Shown: positions 9,175 through 18,724, numbered from the stretch's first letter. The stretch: 32,000 nucleotides of DNA from Methylophaga frappieri (GCF_000260965.1 NC_017856.1:1170001-1202000), one strand, 5' to 3'. Program-made: numbers and translations. The notes: generated by a model from the letters alone, not told the origin.

Positions 9175-9480
9175 TTACTGGCTGTTGTGGGTATCGCGGG
9201 TAATCAATTCACCTTCGATAATGTGACCATTTGTGCCATCTGGTTTTGCCGACGTGCCCGCACGGTGCTGCGCCATTGCACGCCGCCCTCGCCAGAGCAT
9301 GATTGGTATCAATAACCAGCTAAGCAGTAATAAAAACAGCACGAAAAAGATGCTGAAAACCATCAGTGCCCCCAACAAAATCCAAGCGAAAAAACGTCTG
9401 ATGCCGCTGGAGCCAGCGGGGTTGGTCAAACGTGACTGAAGCGTTGACCAGTATGTTTTTATTTGTGTGAAGTCGAACAT
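9175..9480 (-). CDS. hypothetical membrane protein
   Basis: ORF-track ORF 9175..9534 trimmed to ATG 9480, which has AGGAGA 5 nt upstream and avoids overlap with the upstream gene. Product: MFDFTQIKTYW...FFAWILLGALMVFSIFFVLFLLLLSWLLIPIMLW..., two hydrophobic helices. No family recognised. Confidence 0.5.
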   Translation of the reverse strand: MFDFTQIKTYWSTLQSRLTNPAGSSGIRRFFAWILLGALMVFSIFFVLFLLLLSWLLIPIMLWRGRRAMAQHRAGTSAKPDGTNGHIIEGELITRDTHNSQ

Positions 9481-9493
9481 GCTTCTCCTGTCA

Positions 9494-9892
9494 TCATTGT
9501 TGAATACAGTGTAAGAAATCCCCGGAGGGAACAATCGGTAAATTCGTTACCGGCCAATTGTACAAATACACCCAAGCGGTCAGCATAGCACCGTCTAGCA
9601 GCTGGACTGGGCGTTGAACCCGACAGTATTCGTGTGGTGTTTGATACCGTGGCGAACAGGCTTCGTAGTCATCCAGTGACTCAAGCAAACATGACTCATT
9701 GATGATTCGATACACCTCTCCCGCAACCCTGTCATCATTGTCATCAGAATCAATAGCGCCCGGATATGTTGCTGGCAAATAAAGCTTGCCCTGCATCGTT
9801 GCTAGGCTGATAAACTCCGCTGCGACGGTCAGCCTGTTATGGTGAGATAATGATCGACGCAATGTGCCATAGACAAACAAATACGTTTTCAT
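9494..9892 (-). CDS. gamma-glutamylcyclotransferase-like (GGCT/AIG2 family) protein
   Basis: 132 aa. N-terminal YLFVYGTLRR motif and the GEVY catalytic-Glu context typical of GGACT/YtfP-like proteins. Confidence 0.8.
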   Translation of the reverse strand: MKTYLFVYGTLRRSLSHHNRLTVAAEFISLATMQGKLYLPATYPGAIDSDDNDDRVAGEVYRIINESCLLESLDDYEACSPRYQTPHEYCRVQRPVQLLDGAMLTAWVYLYNWPVTNLPIVPSGDFLHCIQQ

Positions 9893-9950
9893 GAATAAGT
9901 TTTACTCCCACATGGCTGAAAACTGATTAAGTCAATTTTAACAACACAAG

Positions 9951-10865
9951 ATGAAGCAAACCTTAAAATCTCGTCCTTATGTTGGTCGGTTCGCTCCATC
10001 GCCAACGGGTGAGCTCCATTTTGGCTCACTGCTGGCGGCAACGGCCAGTTATCTTGATGCGAAAGCACATCATGGCCAGTGGCTCGTGCGTATAGAGGAC
10101 ATTGATAAACCACGTGAAATTCCAGGTGCAGCGGATAAGATTTTGTTTCAACTCGACGCCTATGGTTTTCAATGGGATGGTCATATTGCCAGACAATCAG
10201 CCAATTTGGACGCCTACCAACAGGCGTTGACGCAATTGATCGCCGATCAACGTGCTTTTTGTTGCGGCTGTACCCGTAAACAAGTTGCTGAAGCAGGGTA
10301 TCAAGGCATCGATGGTCCAGTTTACCCAGGCACGTGTCGTCAGGGATTACAAGGTAAGTCAGCACGCACATGGCGCTTTCAGGTTGATCAGACAGAACAT
10401 GATTTTTCTGATCGTATTCAGGGACAACTGAGCCAGAATATTGCGCGGGATGTGGGCGATTTTGTTTTGCGCCGTGCGGATGGTTTATTTGCTTATCAAC
10501 TTGCGGTTGTCGTCGATGATGCATGCCAAGGCATCACTGATGTTGTCAGAGGTGCTGATCTACTCGACTCGACGCCACGACAACAGTTGCTTCAAATAGC
10601 ACTTGGCTATCCACAGCCTCGTTATGCACATTTTCCACTAGCTGTGAATCCACAACAACAAAAACTCAGCAAACAAAATCGGGCGCCCGCTGTTGCCTAC
10701 CCTACAACAGGGGATTTATTAATTCAGGCTTTTCGCTTTCTAGGGCTGAACCCACCGATATCGCTGATCACAGCGACAATGCCGGAAATATGGCATTGGG
10801 GCATCGCCAACTGGCAAATCAACCAGGTACCGACGCTCAGACAGCGCGTGATTAATACCGAATGA
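9951..10865 (+). CDS. gluQ: tRNA glutamyl-Q(34) synthetase (GluRS paralogue)
   Basis: 304 aa with no anticodon-binding domain. HIGH-like GRFAPSPTGELHFGS, Cys cluster CCGCTRKQ...YPGTCR, and KMSKS-like KLSKQ. Confidence 0.9.
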   Translation: MKQTLKSRPYVGRFAPSPTGELHFGSLLAATASYLDAKAHHGQWLVRIEDIDKPREIPGAADKILFQLDAYGFQWDGHIARQSANLDAYQQALTQLIADQRAFCCGCTRKQVAEAGYQGIDGPVYPGTCRQGLQGKSARTWRFQVDQTEHDFSDRIQGQLSQNIARDVGDFVLRRADGLFAYQLAVVVDDACQGITDVVRGADLLDSTPRQQLLQIALGYPQPRYAHFPLAVNPQQQKLSKQNRAPAVAYPTTGDLLIQAFRFLGLNPPISLITATMPEIWHWGIANWQINQVPTLRQRVINTE

Positions 10866-10950
10866 CAACGGAATCAACCCTATCCTTTGTTGGTGCCATT
10901 GTCGTTGTCGACATCTGCTAGACTCAATTGAAAATATTGCTGGAGATTTT

Positions 10951-12486
10951 ATGGCTCACGAAGAGTTACACCTGAACCTGCGTAACCTGACGCTAACAGA
11001 TTACGGACAGCTCAAAAACTTGATGGATATTGTCTATAACGATATTGGCGGCGCTTGGCCGCAAGCCACTATTGAAGGGTTGATTAGCCAGTTTCCTGAA
11101 GGCCAGATTTGTATAGAAGATTCCGGTGAACTCATCGCCGTTGCGCTCACCGTCATGGTCAGCTATGACCGGTTCAGCAATCCCCATACTTATGATGACT
11201 TGATCTTAAGTAACGAAAAAATTTGGCACAACGCAAAGGGAGACTCTTTGTATGGACTGGATGTGTTTATTCATCCTGAATATCGGGGTTACCGGCTAGG
11301 TCGTCGACTTTACGAAGCGCGAAAAGAACTCTGTCGGTCAATGAATTTACGGGCTATTCTGGCCGGTGGCCGGATTCCAAATTACCATAAATTTGCTGAG
11401 CAATTATCGCCAACCGAATATATCGAGCAAGTCTCTCGCAAAGAGATTTATGACCCCATTTTGACCTTCCAGTTATCGAACGATTTTCAGGTCACACGGC
11501 TGATGCATAAATATTTGCCCGAAGATGAAAAATCGCTCGGTCATGCCACCTTGCTCGACTGGAACAATATTCTCTATACCCCGCCGGAACTGGTGGTGAG
11601 AAGCCGAAAAACCCAAGTGAGACTTGGCGCCGTACAATGGCAGATGCGTGAATTTACCTCGGTTGAAGAAGTATTGAAGCAGGTCGAATATTTTGTCGAC
11701 GCCCTCTCTGATTACAAAAGTGACTTTGCCTTATTTCCGGAGTTTTTTAATGCCCCATTGATGGGCTTAACGGATCAGGTCGATCAGACCCGGGCGATTC
11801 GTTTTCTTGCCGGATTTACCGAACAGTTTCGCGATGCGATGTCAGAGATGGCGGTCAGCTACAATATCAACATCATTACCGGCTCAATGCCTTTGCTAGA
11901 GGATGAACGCGTCTACAATGTAGCTTATCTTTGTCATCGTGATGGCCGCGTTGAAATGCAACGAAAAATCCATGTCACGCCCCACGAACGGCGCGACTGG
12001 GTGATTGAAGGCGGCACTGATTTTCAAGTATTTGATACTGATGCTGGTCGGGTAGCCATCATGATTTGTTACGACATTGAGTTTCCTGAACTCGGTCGCA
12101 TCGCAGCTGATCAAAGTGTTGATATTATTTTTGTTCCCTTTTGGACAGACACCAAAAACTCCTATTTACGGGTACGCCACTGTGCGCAAGCTCGTGCTAT
12201 CGAAAATGAGTGTTATGTGGCCATTACGGGGAGTGTCGGCAACCTGCCCAAAGTTGAAAATCTGGACGTCCAATATGCACAATCTTCTGTGTTTTCGCCG
12301 TCTGATTTTGCTTTCCCACATGACGCAGTGATGGCAGAAACGACACCTAATACCGAAATGATGCTGTTTTCTGATCTGGATTTGGAAAAACTCAAACTGG
12401 TTCGCAATGAAGGTGCGGTCACTAATCTAAAAAATCGACGACCCGACGTTTATGCGGCTATCACAGAACGTTACCCTGATAAATGA
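10951..12486 (+). CDS. bifunctional GNAT N-acetyltransferase / carbon-nitrogen hydrolase (nitrilase superfamily) fusion protein
   Basis: 511 aa. N-terminal GNAT motif A HPEYRGYRLGRRLYEARKE. The C-terminal half carries E-K-C triad contexts ALFPEFF, RKIHVTPHE and IMICYDIEFPE. Confidence 0.85.
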   Translation: MAHEELHLNLRNLTLTDYGQLKNLMDIVYNDIGGAWPQATIEGLISQFPEGQICIEDSGELIAVALTVMVSYDRFSNPHTYDDLILSNEKIWHNAKGDSLYGLDVFIHPEYRGYRLGRRLYEARKELCRSMNLRAILAGGRIPNYHKFAEQLSPTEYIEQVSRKEIYDPILTFQLSNDFQVTRLMHKYLPEDEKSLGHATLLDWNNILYTPPELVVRSRKTQVRLGAVQWQMREFTSVEEVLKQVEYFVDALSDYKSDFALFPEFFNAPLMGLTDQVDQTRAIRFLAGFTEQFRDAMSEMAVSYNINIITGSMPLLEDERVYNVAYLCHRDGRVEMQRKIHVTPHERRDWVIEGGTDFQVFDTDAGRVAIMICYDIEFPELGRIAADQSVDIIFVPFWTDTKNSYLRVRHCAQARAIENECYVAITGSVGNLPKVENLDVQYAQSSVFSPSDFAFPHDAVMAETTPNTEMMLFSDLDLEKLKLVRNEGAVTNLKNRRPDVYAAITERYPDK

Positions 12487-12530
12487 GCGACCAGCGCCAT
12501 TTGAGCTGACTGTTGCCTGAAACCAGTATG

Positions 12531-13961
12531 TCATGATGACGTGATATCCTGAGGCGAGAGAGCAATGGTTCTGTTTCGACCTTTTGTCTTGGCCTGATAT
12601 AGCGCCTGGTCAGCTCGCTCTATACATTGCTCAACCAACTCTCCAGGTTGGTATTCACTGATACCGGCACTAATGGTAACGCTCTCACTAATACTGAACT
12701 GATGGGTTTTAATCTGATGGCGAATATCTTCCGCCAGTTTTGACGCACCAGATAAACCAGTTTGTGGACATAAAATCAGAAATTCTTCCCCCCCCCACCG
12801 GCCTACCACGTCTTGAGATCTCAACAGTGACTCCAGCAACCGGGCGACCTCACAAATCACATTATCCCCGACGCCATGACCATAAATGTCATTGATTTTC
12901 TTAAAGTAATCCACATCAACCATCAATACGGAAAACGTCTTGCCCTGCGCTTTGACGTACTCCATTTCACGTTGAAATAACTGATGCAGACGATAACGAT
13001 TAGCGATGCCCGTTAATTGGTCGTTATGAGACAGGTGTATCAGATGATTATTAATGGATTGTAATCGTTGATTATGACGATGCACATGCCAATAGCGATA
13101 ACTCAAGATAGCGGTCAGCACAGCGATACCCGACAACAGAATCCACAGCCAGAACCAAGGCTTTGGCACGGTATAGTTAACTGATATCCATGATTTCAGA
13201 ATTTCCTGTCGCTCTGTTTCACTCGTTTCTGAAATAACCGCGTTGTAAATGTCACGCAACACGGGCAACTGACGGCTAACACCAACAGACATCGCATACT
13301 CTTGTTCCAGAATGCCAGAAATTTTCAAATGCGAAATGCCATGCCGCAACATCTGATAATGAATGGTTGGCACTGTATCGATATAGCCATAAACGCGACC
13401 TGTTTCGACGAGTTTCAAGCCTTCTCTGGGCGAATCGACCGGATAAACTGTCACATCAGGGTGATGCTGCCTTAACACATCCACTACAGAATACCCTTCG
13501 ACAACGGCAAATGTTTCATCCAGCGCCTGGCTGAGATCGACAATAAAATCCTTACCTGGCTGCGTGGCAATGGCAAAGGGGTAAAAAACAAAAGGGCGTG
13601 TTACTACCATGTAATTTCGTCGAGCCGGCAAATCCATTGCACTGGACAACACATCGCATTGGCCATCTCGCAAATAATCAAGCGACTGCTGCCAACTTAC
13701 CGTTGGAACCAAATGTATTTTCACACCCAGCTTTTCTGCCCAAAGCTGGTGAAATCCGGCCATAATGCCAATATGCTGGCCTTTTTTATCAATGCCATCA
13801 TACGGTAACCAGTCCGGATCCGCACAGAGCCGAATTTGCGGCATTTTTTGCAAAAATTCGGCTTGTTCTGTTGTCAGCATAACCGCAGATGCGTGAGAAC
13901 CACTCAAGCTGAACAGCCAGAAAAGAAGTAAAATCAACTTCCGTGTTGACAGTCTCATCAA
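12531..13961 (-). CDS. diguanylate cyclase with a periplasmic family-3 solute-binding sensor domain
   Basis: 476 aa. Signal sequence, then an SBP_bac_3-like domain (CADPDWLPYDGIDKKGQHIGIMAGF), then TM helix WFWLWILLSGIAVLTAILSY. The GGDEF domain has GGEEF and a canonical I-site RSQD five residues upstream (RSQDVVGRWGGEEF). Confidence 0.85.
   Translation of the reverse strand: MMRLSTRKLILLLFWLFSLSGSHASAVMLTTEQAEFLQKMPQIRLCADPDWLPYDGIDKKGQHIGIMAGFHQLWAEKLGVKIHLVPTVSWQQSLDYLRDGQCDVLSSAMDLPARRNYMVVTRPFVFYPFAIATQPGKDFIVDLSQALDETFAVVEGYSVVDVLRQHHPDVTVYPVDSPREGLKLVETGRVYGYIDTVPTIHYQMLRHGISHLKISGILEQEYAMSVGVSRQLPVLRDIYNAVISETSETERQEILKSWISVNYTVPKPWFWLWILLSGIAVLTAILSYRYWHVHRHNQRLQSINNHLIHLSHNDQLTGIANRYRLHQLFQREMEYVKAQGKTFSVLMVDVDYFKKINDIYGHGVGDNVICEVARLLESLLRSQDVVGRWGGEEFLILCPQTGLSGASKLAEDIRHQIKTHQFSISESVTISAGISEYQPGELVEQCIERADQALYQAKTKGRNRTIALSPQDITSS
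12788..12796 (-). repeat. G9 homopolymer (C9 on the plus strand) inside the GGEEF codons
   Basis: The plus strand reads ttc ccccccccc acc. The coding strand reads CGG TGG GGG GGG GAA GAA TTT, encoding R-W-G-G-E-E-F. Confidence 0.95.
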
Positions 13962-13976
13962 GTCACCCAGCTTGTC

Positions 13977-14750
13977 TCATTGTTGATCGCGAATAAAAGT
14001 CGGGCTGTTGGCTTGACTCATGGCTTCGCTGTAACGATACCCCTGACTGTTAAATGCGTTGAGTTCATCTGGATTATCAATACGGTTATCAATGATGTAA
14101 CGGCTCATCAAACCACGTGCCTTCTTGGCGTAAAAGCTGATGATTTTATATTGTCCATTTTTCTCATCTTTAAAAACCGGCGTAATGATTTTTGCTGATA
14201 AACGCTTAGTATTTATGGCTTTGAAATATTCATTGGAAGCCAGGTTAATTAACGTATTATCACAGGTAAATGCCGAATCAGAAGAAAGGGTATCGGTGAT
14301 TAAATCTCCCCAAAATTGGTATAAATTACTGGCGTTACCCGGCGCAAACCGCGTCCCCATCTCCAAGCGATAGGCCTGCATTAAATCCAAGGGTTTTAAA
14401 ACACCATATAAACCCGACAAAATACGAAGGTGTTTCTGGGCAAAATCCAGTCCTTTCTGATCCAGACTTTCCGCCGCCAAACCTGTGTAAACATCACCTT
14501 GAAAGGCCAACACGGCTTGTTTGGCATTCTCAAGCGTAAAAGGCGTGTGCCAAGCCTGATAACGCGCCACATTTAACCCAGCCAGTTTGTCACTAATGGA
14601 CATCAGACTGGCAAGCTCTTGTGCCGACAAGCAGCGTAATGCCTTAATCAGTTTTTCAGACTGGTCTAATAAGGCCGGTTGACTACATTTTGTTGTCGTT
14701 GGTACAGACTCAAAATCCAGTGTTTTGGCCGGTGAAATGATAGTTATCAT
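13977..14750 (-). CDS. yaaA: peroxide stress protein YaaA (UPF0246)
   Basis: 257 aa. Characteristic N-terminus MITIISPAKTLDF and full-length YaaA-like layout. Confidence 0.9.
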   Translation of the reverse strand: MITIISPAKTLDFESVPTTTKCSQPALLDQSEKLIKALRCLSAQELASLMSISDKLAGLNVARYQAWHTPFTLENAKQAVLAFQGDVYTGLAAESLDQKGLDFAQKHLRILSGLYGVLKPLDLMQAYRLEMGTRFAPGNASNLYQFWGDLITDTLSSDSAFTCDNTLINLASNEYFKAINTKRLSAKIITPVFKDEKNGQYKIISFYAKKARGLMSRYIIDNRIDNPDELNAFNSQGYRYSEAMSQANSPTFIRDQQ

Positions 14751-14788
14751 AAATCTAAGTTCGTTCCATTAACGGCAAGGCGTGGATT

Positions 14789-15139
14789 CTACTCTTTTTC
14801 CCTGTCAGTCACATCTTGGTACTCTGCCGTGTAGTCTTCACCGCGACGCGGCGCTTCATCAATCTCATCATCAAGGGGATTGAAAGGATACGGCCGCCGC
14901 TCACGCTGATAAGTCAGAAACAGAATCAGCTGATGAATGTATTGCGTTAAATCCTTGGAAAAACCGTGAATTGCTGCATTAGCCCCCCCGGTAAACAGTG
15001 CGAACACAAATTGCACTACAACCACCACAACCAATACGATTAAGGCAAGATACAAGACCAAACCAAACAGCAACATATACAGCAAACGCATCAATTGTGT
15101 CCGTTCATTCTGGTTCGGTTTATCTGACGAATTTTGCAT
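14789..15139 (-). CDS. DUF4389-like small membrane protein
   Basis: ORF-track ORF trimmed to ATG 15139, preceded by GGGAGGA. Product: MQNSS...RLLYMLLFGLVLYLALIVLVVVVVVQFVFALFTGGANAAIHGFSKDLTQYIHQLILFLTYQRERRPYPF, which resembles the DUF4389 core as I recall it. Confidence 0.6.
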   Translation of the reverse strand: MQNSSDKPNQNERTQLMRLLYMLLFGLVLYLALIVLVVVVVVQFVFALFTGGANAAIHGFSKDLTQYIHQLILFLTYQRERRPYPFNPLDDEIDEAPRRGEDYTAEYQDVTDREKE

Positions 15140-15283
15140 AATTTCCTCCCTTAAATTTGGTTTCAATCTACTTTAACACTTCTTTACTAAACACTGATCA
15201 CAATTGCCAGCCAAAAGCGAACTGGCAGAGACCTGCTTATTTGTGGGAAAATTTTCCTAATTTGTTCCTGAGTTTATAAATCA

Positions 15284-15808
15284 ATGTTAGCGCTCATATC
15301 TCGCTGGTTACAGCGAATAGATTATTTTACCGAACTAAGTGGTCGACTTATCTCTTGGCTCATCCTGCTACTGGTACTACTTACCAGTTATGACGTATTC
15401 ATGCGTTATGTCTTCAGTCAGGGCTCAGTCGCCTTGCAAGAACTTGAGTGGCATATATTTGCCCTGATTTTTTTGCTCGGCGGCGCATATACGCTCAAAC
15501 ATGATGGTCACGTTCGGGTAGATGTGTTGTTTAACAGCCGATGGCTAACTAATCGACACCGGGCCTGGATCAATATTTTCGGCACTTTAATTTTACTGAT
15601 GCCTTTTTGTGTGCTGATCATCATCAGCACTTGGCCGTTTGTACAAAATGCTTTTTGGTATCAGGAAGGTTCACCCGATCCGGGTGGGCTGCCCTATCGA
15701 TTTCTGATTAAAAGCAGCATTGTCGTGGGGTTTAGCCTCTTGCTGATTCAAAGTATTGGTGAGCTTTTCCGCAATATTCTTGTTTTAAAACAGACTGGAG
15801 GCCAGTGA
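15284..15808 (+). CDS. dctQ: TRAP transporter small permease subunit
   Basis: 174 aa, four TM helices, DctQ-like N-terminus. It overlaps the next gene by 4 nt (GTGATG at 15803..15808: ATG 15805..15807 of the next gene, TGA 15806..15808 of this one). Confidence 0.85.
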   Translation: MLALISRWLQRIDYFTELSGRLISWLILLLVLLTSYDVFMRYVFSQGSVALQELEWHIFALIFLLGGAYTLKHDGHVRVDVLFNSRWLTNRHRAWINIFGTLILLMPFCVLIIISTWPFVQNAFWYQEGSPDPGGLPYRFLIKSSIVVGFSLLLIQSIGELFRNILVLKQTGGQ

Positions 15809-17115
15809 TGGAAGTCTGGGCCTTATTGATGTTCGCCGTATTGTTTGCGCTGCTTCTGATCGGCTTCCCGGTTGCTTTTACGTTGGGCGCCATTGCCTTG
15901 CTTTTCGGCAGCGTCTTTCAGGGCATGGATTTCTTTGATTTATTGCCGATGCGTATTTGGGGCGTCATGACCAACTTTACGCTACTGGCCGTGCCCTTAT
16001 TTGTCTTTATGGGCGTCATACTGGAGAAATCTGGTCTGGCTGAGGACTTACTCGCCACGATGGGACGTTTATTCGGCCAGCTTCGGGGTGGATTGGCAAT
16101 CTCGGTTGTCATGGTTGGTGCACTTTTGGCCGCCACAACAGGAGTTGTGGGCGCTTCTGTCGTGACCATGGCCGTGATCGCTCTCCCCGCCATGTTACGT
16201 CATGGTTACGCACCAAGCCTTGCCAGTGGCACGATTGCTGCGTCAGGCACGCTGGGACAGATTATTCCGCCCAGTATCATTTTAATTCTGCTCGGAGATG
16301 TGATTGGGGTGCCGGTCGGTGAATTGTTTATCGGCGCGATCATTCCAGGGCTGCTGCTCATTGTTGCCTATATCGGCTATATCGCTTATGTCGCGTGGCG
16401 GCACCCGCATTTAGCACCGGCAGTAAAATCAGATGAGTCTGATAGTGTCGCTTTGTGGCAGTCCGTTTGCCGTAGTTTATTACCGCCGTTATTGTTAATT
16501 ATTGCCGTACTCGGCTCGATTTTCATGGGGATTGCCTCACCAACCGAGTCGGCTGCGGTAGGCGCATTGGGTGCGCTATTACTGGCTTTACTCAATCGCA
16601 GACTGACTTGGGCTAATTTACAAGATGCCATGCAAAAAACGACACGTCTAACCAGCATGGTGTTTTTGATTTTTATTGGTGCCACGGCTTTTGGTATGGT
16701 TTTTGTCGTGATGGGCGGCGATAAGCTGATTCTGGATCTGTTTTCTGGTTTGCCGGGCGGCAAATGGACTTTTTTATTATTCAGTATGCTGCTGATCTTT
16801 GTGCTCGGTTTTTTTCTGGATTTTATTGAAATCTGTTTTATTGTCGTGCCGGTACTGGCGCCAGTCGCTTTAGTACTTGGTCTTGATCCGCTTTGGTTTG
16901 CACTATTGATTGCCATGAATCTGCAAACCTCTTTTCTGACGCCGCCTTTTGGTTTTTCTCTTTTTTATCTGAAAGCCAGTGCCCCACCTGAGTTGAAGCT
17001 TCAATCAATTTACCGGGGTATCGTTCCATTTGTTGCGATACAAATTTTGATGTTGGCGGTGTTGATTGCATTTCCGCAAATCAGTTTATGGTTACCGGGT
17101 TTAATGCAAAATTAA
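15805..17115 (+). CDS. dctM: TRAP transporter large permease subunit
   Basis: 436 aa polytopic membrane protein with typical DctM segments (LLAVPLFVFMGVILEKSGLAEDL, ASGTLGQIIPPSI). Confidence 0.9.
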   Translation: MMEVWALLMFAVLFALLLIGFPVAFTLGAIALLFGSVFQGMDFFDLLPMRIWGVMTNFTLLAVPLFVFMGVILEKSGLAEDLLATMGRLFGQLRGGLAISVVMVGALLAATTGVVGASVVTMAVIALPAMLRHGYAPSLASGTIAASGTLGQIIPPSIILILLGDVIGVPVGELFIGAIIPGLLLIVAYIGYIAYVAWRHPHLAPAVKSDESDSVALWQSVCRSLLPPLLLIIAVLGSIFMGIASPTESAAVGALGALLLALLNRRLTWANLQDAMQKTTRLTSMVFLIFIGATAFGMVFVVMGGDKLILDLFSGLPGGKWTFLLFSMLLIFVLGFFLDFIEICFIVVPVLAPVALVLGLDPLWFALLIAMNLQTSFLTPPFGFSLFYLKASAPPELKLQSIYRGIVPFVAIQILMLAVLIAFPQISLWLPGLMQN

Positions 17116-17116
17116 T

Positions 17117-18082
17117 TTATGCCGTTTCAAACGGAATCGCTTGGACGGCATCAATATTGTCGACATCCATCAGTAGCATCAACAGCCGATCTAGACCAAG
17201 CGCAACACCGCTACAATCGGGAAAATCTGCCTCGAGTGCGGCGAGCAAATGCGTATCGATGGGCATCTCAGGTAATCCTAGTTGCTTACGTTGCACGTTA
17301 TCCGCTTTGAAACGTCTGGCTAATTCATCAGCATCAGCTAATTCATGATAACCATTAGCAAGTTCCAGCCCACCCAAATAAAGCTCAAATCGTGCCGCGA
17401 CAGGGTGACCCTCAGCATTAGCGTGGCAGGTGGCTAACTGTGCCTGACTGGCAGGAAAATCAGAGATCATGACAGGCTGGGACGCGTTTTTAAATGCTGG
17501 CTCAATGACCTCACTCATCAGTAGCTCTAACCAGCCATCTTTATCTCGTTGCCAATCTGTCGGCAGGCCAGCGATGTGTTGTCGGGCAAGCTGCCTTAGT
17601 TGCTGGCTATCTGCATAGAAGATGTCGACTGACAAAACATCATTGAATGCCTGCGCATAAGTCAAGCGTTTTGCTGGAGGACAAGCCAAAATGGACTGTA
17701 TTAATGCATCAACCTCGTCCATTAAATCCGTTAATGTGAATCCCGGTCGGTACCACTCCAGCATGGTAAATTCAGGACTATGCTGCTTTCCAGCCTCGCC
17801 ATGTCTAAACACCGGACAAATCTGAAAAATCGCACCACTGCCCGCGGCCAACAATCGTTTCATGGCGAATTCGGGTGAGGTCTGTAAATACAGGTTTTGT
17901 TGACGCTGACCAAGCCGGCGTGTGGTTGAAAAGCTATCCAGATAAGGTGCCGTCGGCGCGGCAAAGGACAACACTGGCGTTTGCACTTCGAGCACATGTC
18001 GCTGGTAAAAAAAACGGCGAACCGAATGGTAAAGTTCAGATCGCCGTTTCAATAATGTCGCCGTGGCGCTTAAATTTGTCAT
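17117..18082 (-). CDS. epmA: elongation factor P--(R)-beta-lysine ligase
   Basis: 321 aa. Class II LysRS-like catalytic core with no anticodon domain. TSPEFAMKRLLAAG and FRHGEAGKQHSPEFTMLEWYRP are colinear with E. coli EpmA (PoxA/GenX). Confidence 0.9.
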   Translation of the reverse strand: MTNLSATATLLKRRSELYHSVRRFFYQRHVLEVQTPVLSFAAPTAPYLDSFSTTRRLGQRQQNLYLQTSPEFAMKRLLAAGSGAIFQICPVFRHGEAGKQHSPEFTMLEWYRPGFTLTDLMDEVDALIQSILACPPAKRLTYAQAFNDVLSVDIFYADSQQLRQLARQHIAGLPTDWQRDKDGWLELLMSEVIEPAFKNASQPVMISDFPASQAQLATCHANAEGHPVAARFELYLGGLELANGYHELADADELARRFKADNVQRKQLGLPEMPIDTHLLAALEADFPDCSGVALGLDRLLMLLMDVDNIDAVQAIPFETA

Positions 18083-18154
18083 CTCTACATACGTTAAATT
18101 TTTATAACGCTGTGCTTGTCTGTCAAAGCCACTGAAATCAAATCTGGCTCGGTT

Positions 18155-18724
18155 TTAATCCTTCGCGCGCTCGACGTAAGACGCAGAGCGTGTATCAACC
18201 CGCAAGACTTCACCAATTTCAATAAACAGCGGCACACGCACGACAGCACCTGTTTCTAGAGTTGCCGGCTTACCACCCCCACCGGAGGTATCACCACGAA
18301 CACCAGGATCAGTCTCAACAACAGCCAAGTTCACAAAATTAGGCGGCGTCACCAATAACGGTGAGCCATTCCACAACGTGACCGTGTAAGTGTATTGCTC
18401 TTTGAGCCAATCCTTGCTGTCAGTGATAGCATTGGCATCAGCTGCATACTGTTCAAAGGTGGTTGGGTCCATGAAGTGCCAAAACTCACCGTCGGTGTAG
18501 GAGTATTCCAAATCCATCTCAATTACGTCAGCACTCTCAACCGAGTCATTTGACTTAAAAGTCCGTTCGTTGACTCGACCAGTTTTCAAATTGCGATACT
18601 TTACCCGATTAAAAGCTTGCCCTTTTCCGGGTTTAACAAATTCGTTTTCGATAATGCTGCAGGGATCGCCATCCAGCATGAATTTCAATCCGCCTTTAAA
18701 TTCATTGGTACTATAAGTTGCCAT
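18155..18724 (-). CDS. efp: translation elongation factor P
   Basis: 189 aa. [14 protein letters not shown]..., with the modification loop VKPGKGQAF placing Lys at position 34. Confidence 0.97.
   Translation of the reverse strand: MATYSTNEFKGGLKFMLDGDPCSIIENEFVKPGKGQAFNRVKYRNLKTGRVNERTFKSNDSVESADVIEMDLEYSYTDGEFWHFMDPTTFEQYAADANAITDSKDWLKEQYTYTVTLWNGSPLLVTPPNFVNLAVVETDPGVRGDTSGGGGKPATLETGAVVRVPLFIEIGEVLRVDTRSASYVERAKD

Noticed and set aside
5888-9892. Idea that the mixed-strand patch of small genes (DUF785, EEP, FkbM, GATase, DUF3096, membrane protein, GGCT) is a defense or mobile island
   Set aside because: It has no integrase, transposase, tRNA target, flanking direct repeats, or nuclease/ATPase/toxin-antitoxin architecture. 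The genes are individually common housekeeping-type orphans on alternating strands.
9889-10524. 211-aa ORF on the minus strand
   Set aside because: It lies entirely antisense to gluQ, whose product has clear GluQRS motifs. The antisense product is low-complexity with no recognisable family. It is a shadow ORF.
16386-16916. 176-aa ORF on the minus strand
   Set aside because: It is antisense within dctM. The S/T/K-rich product is typical of a shadow frame of a membrane-protein gene.
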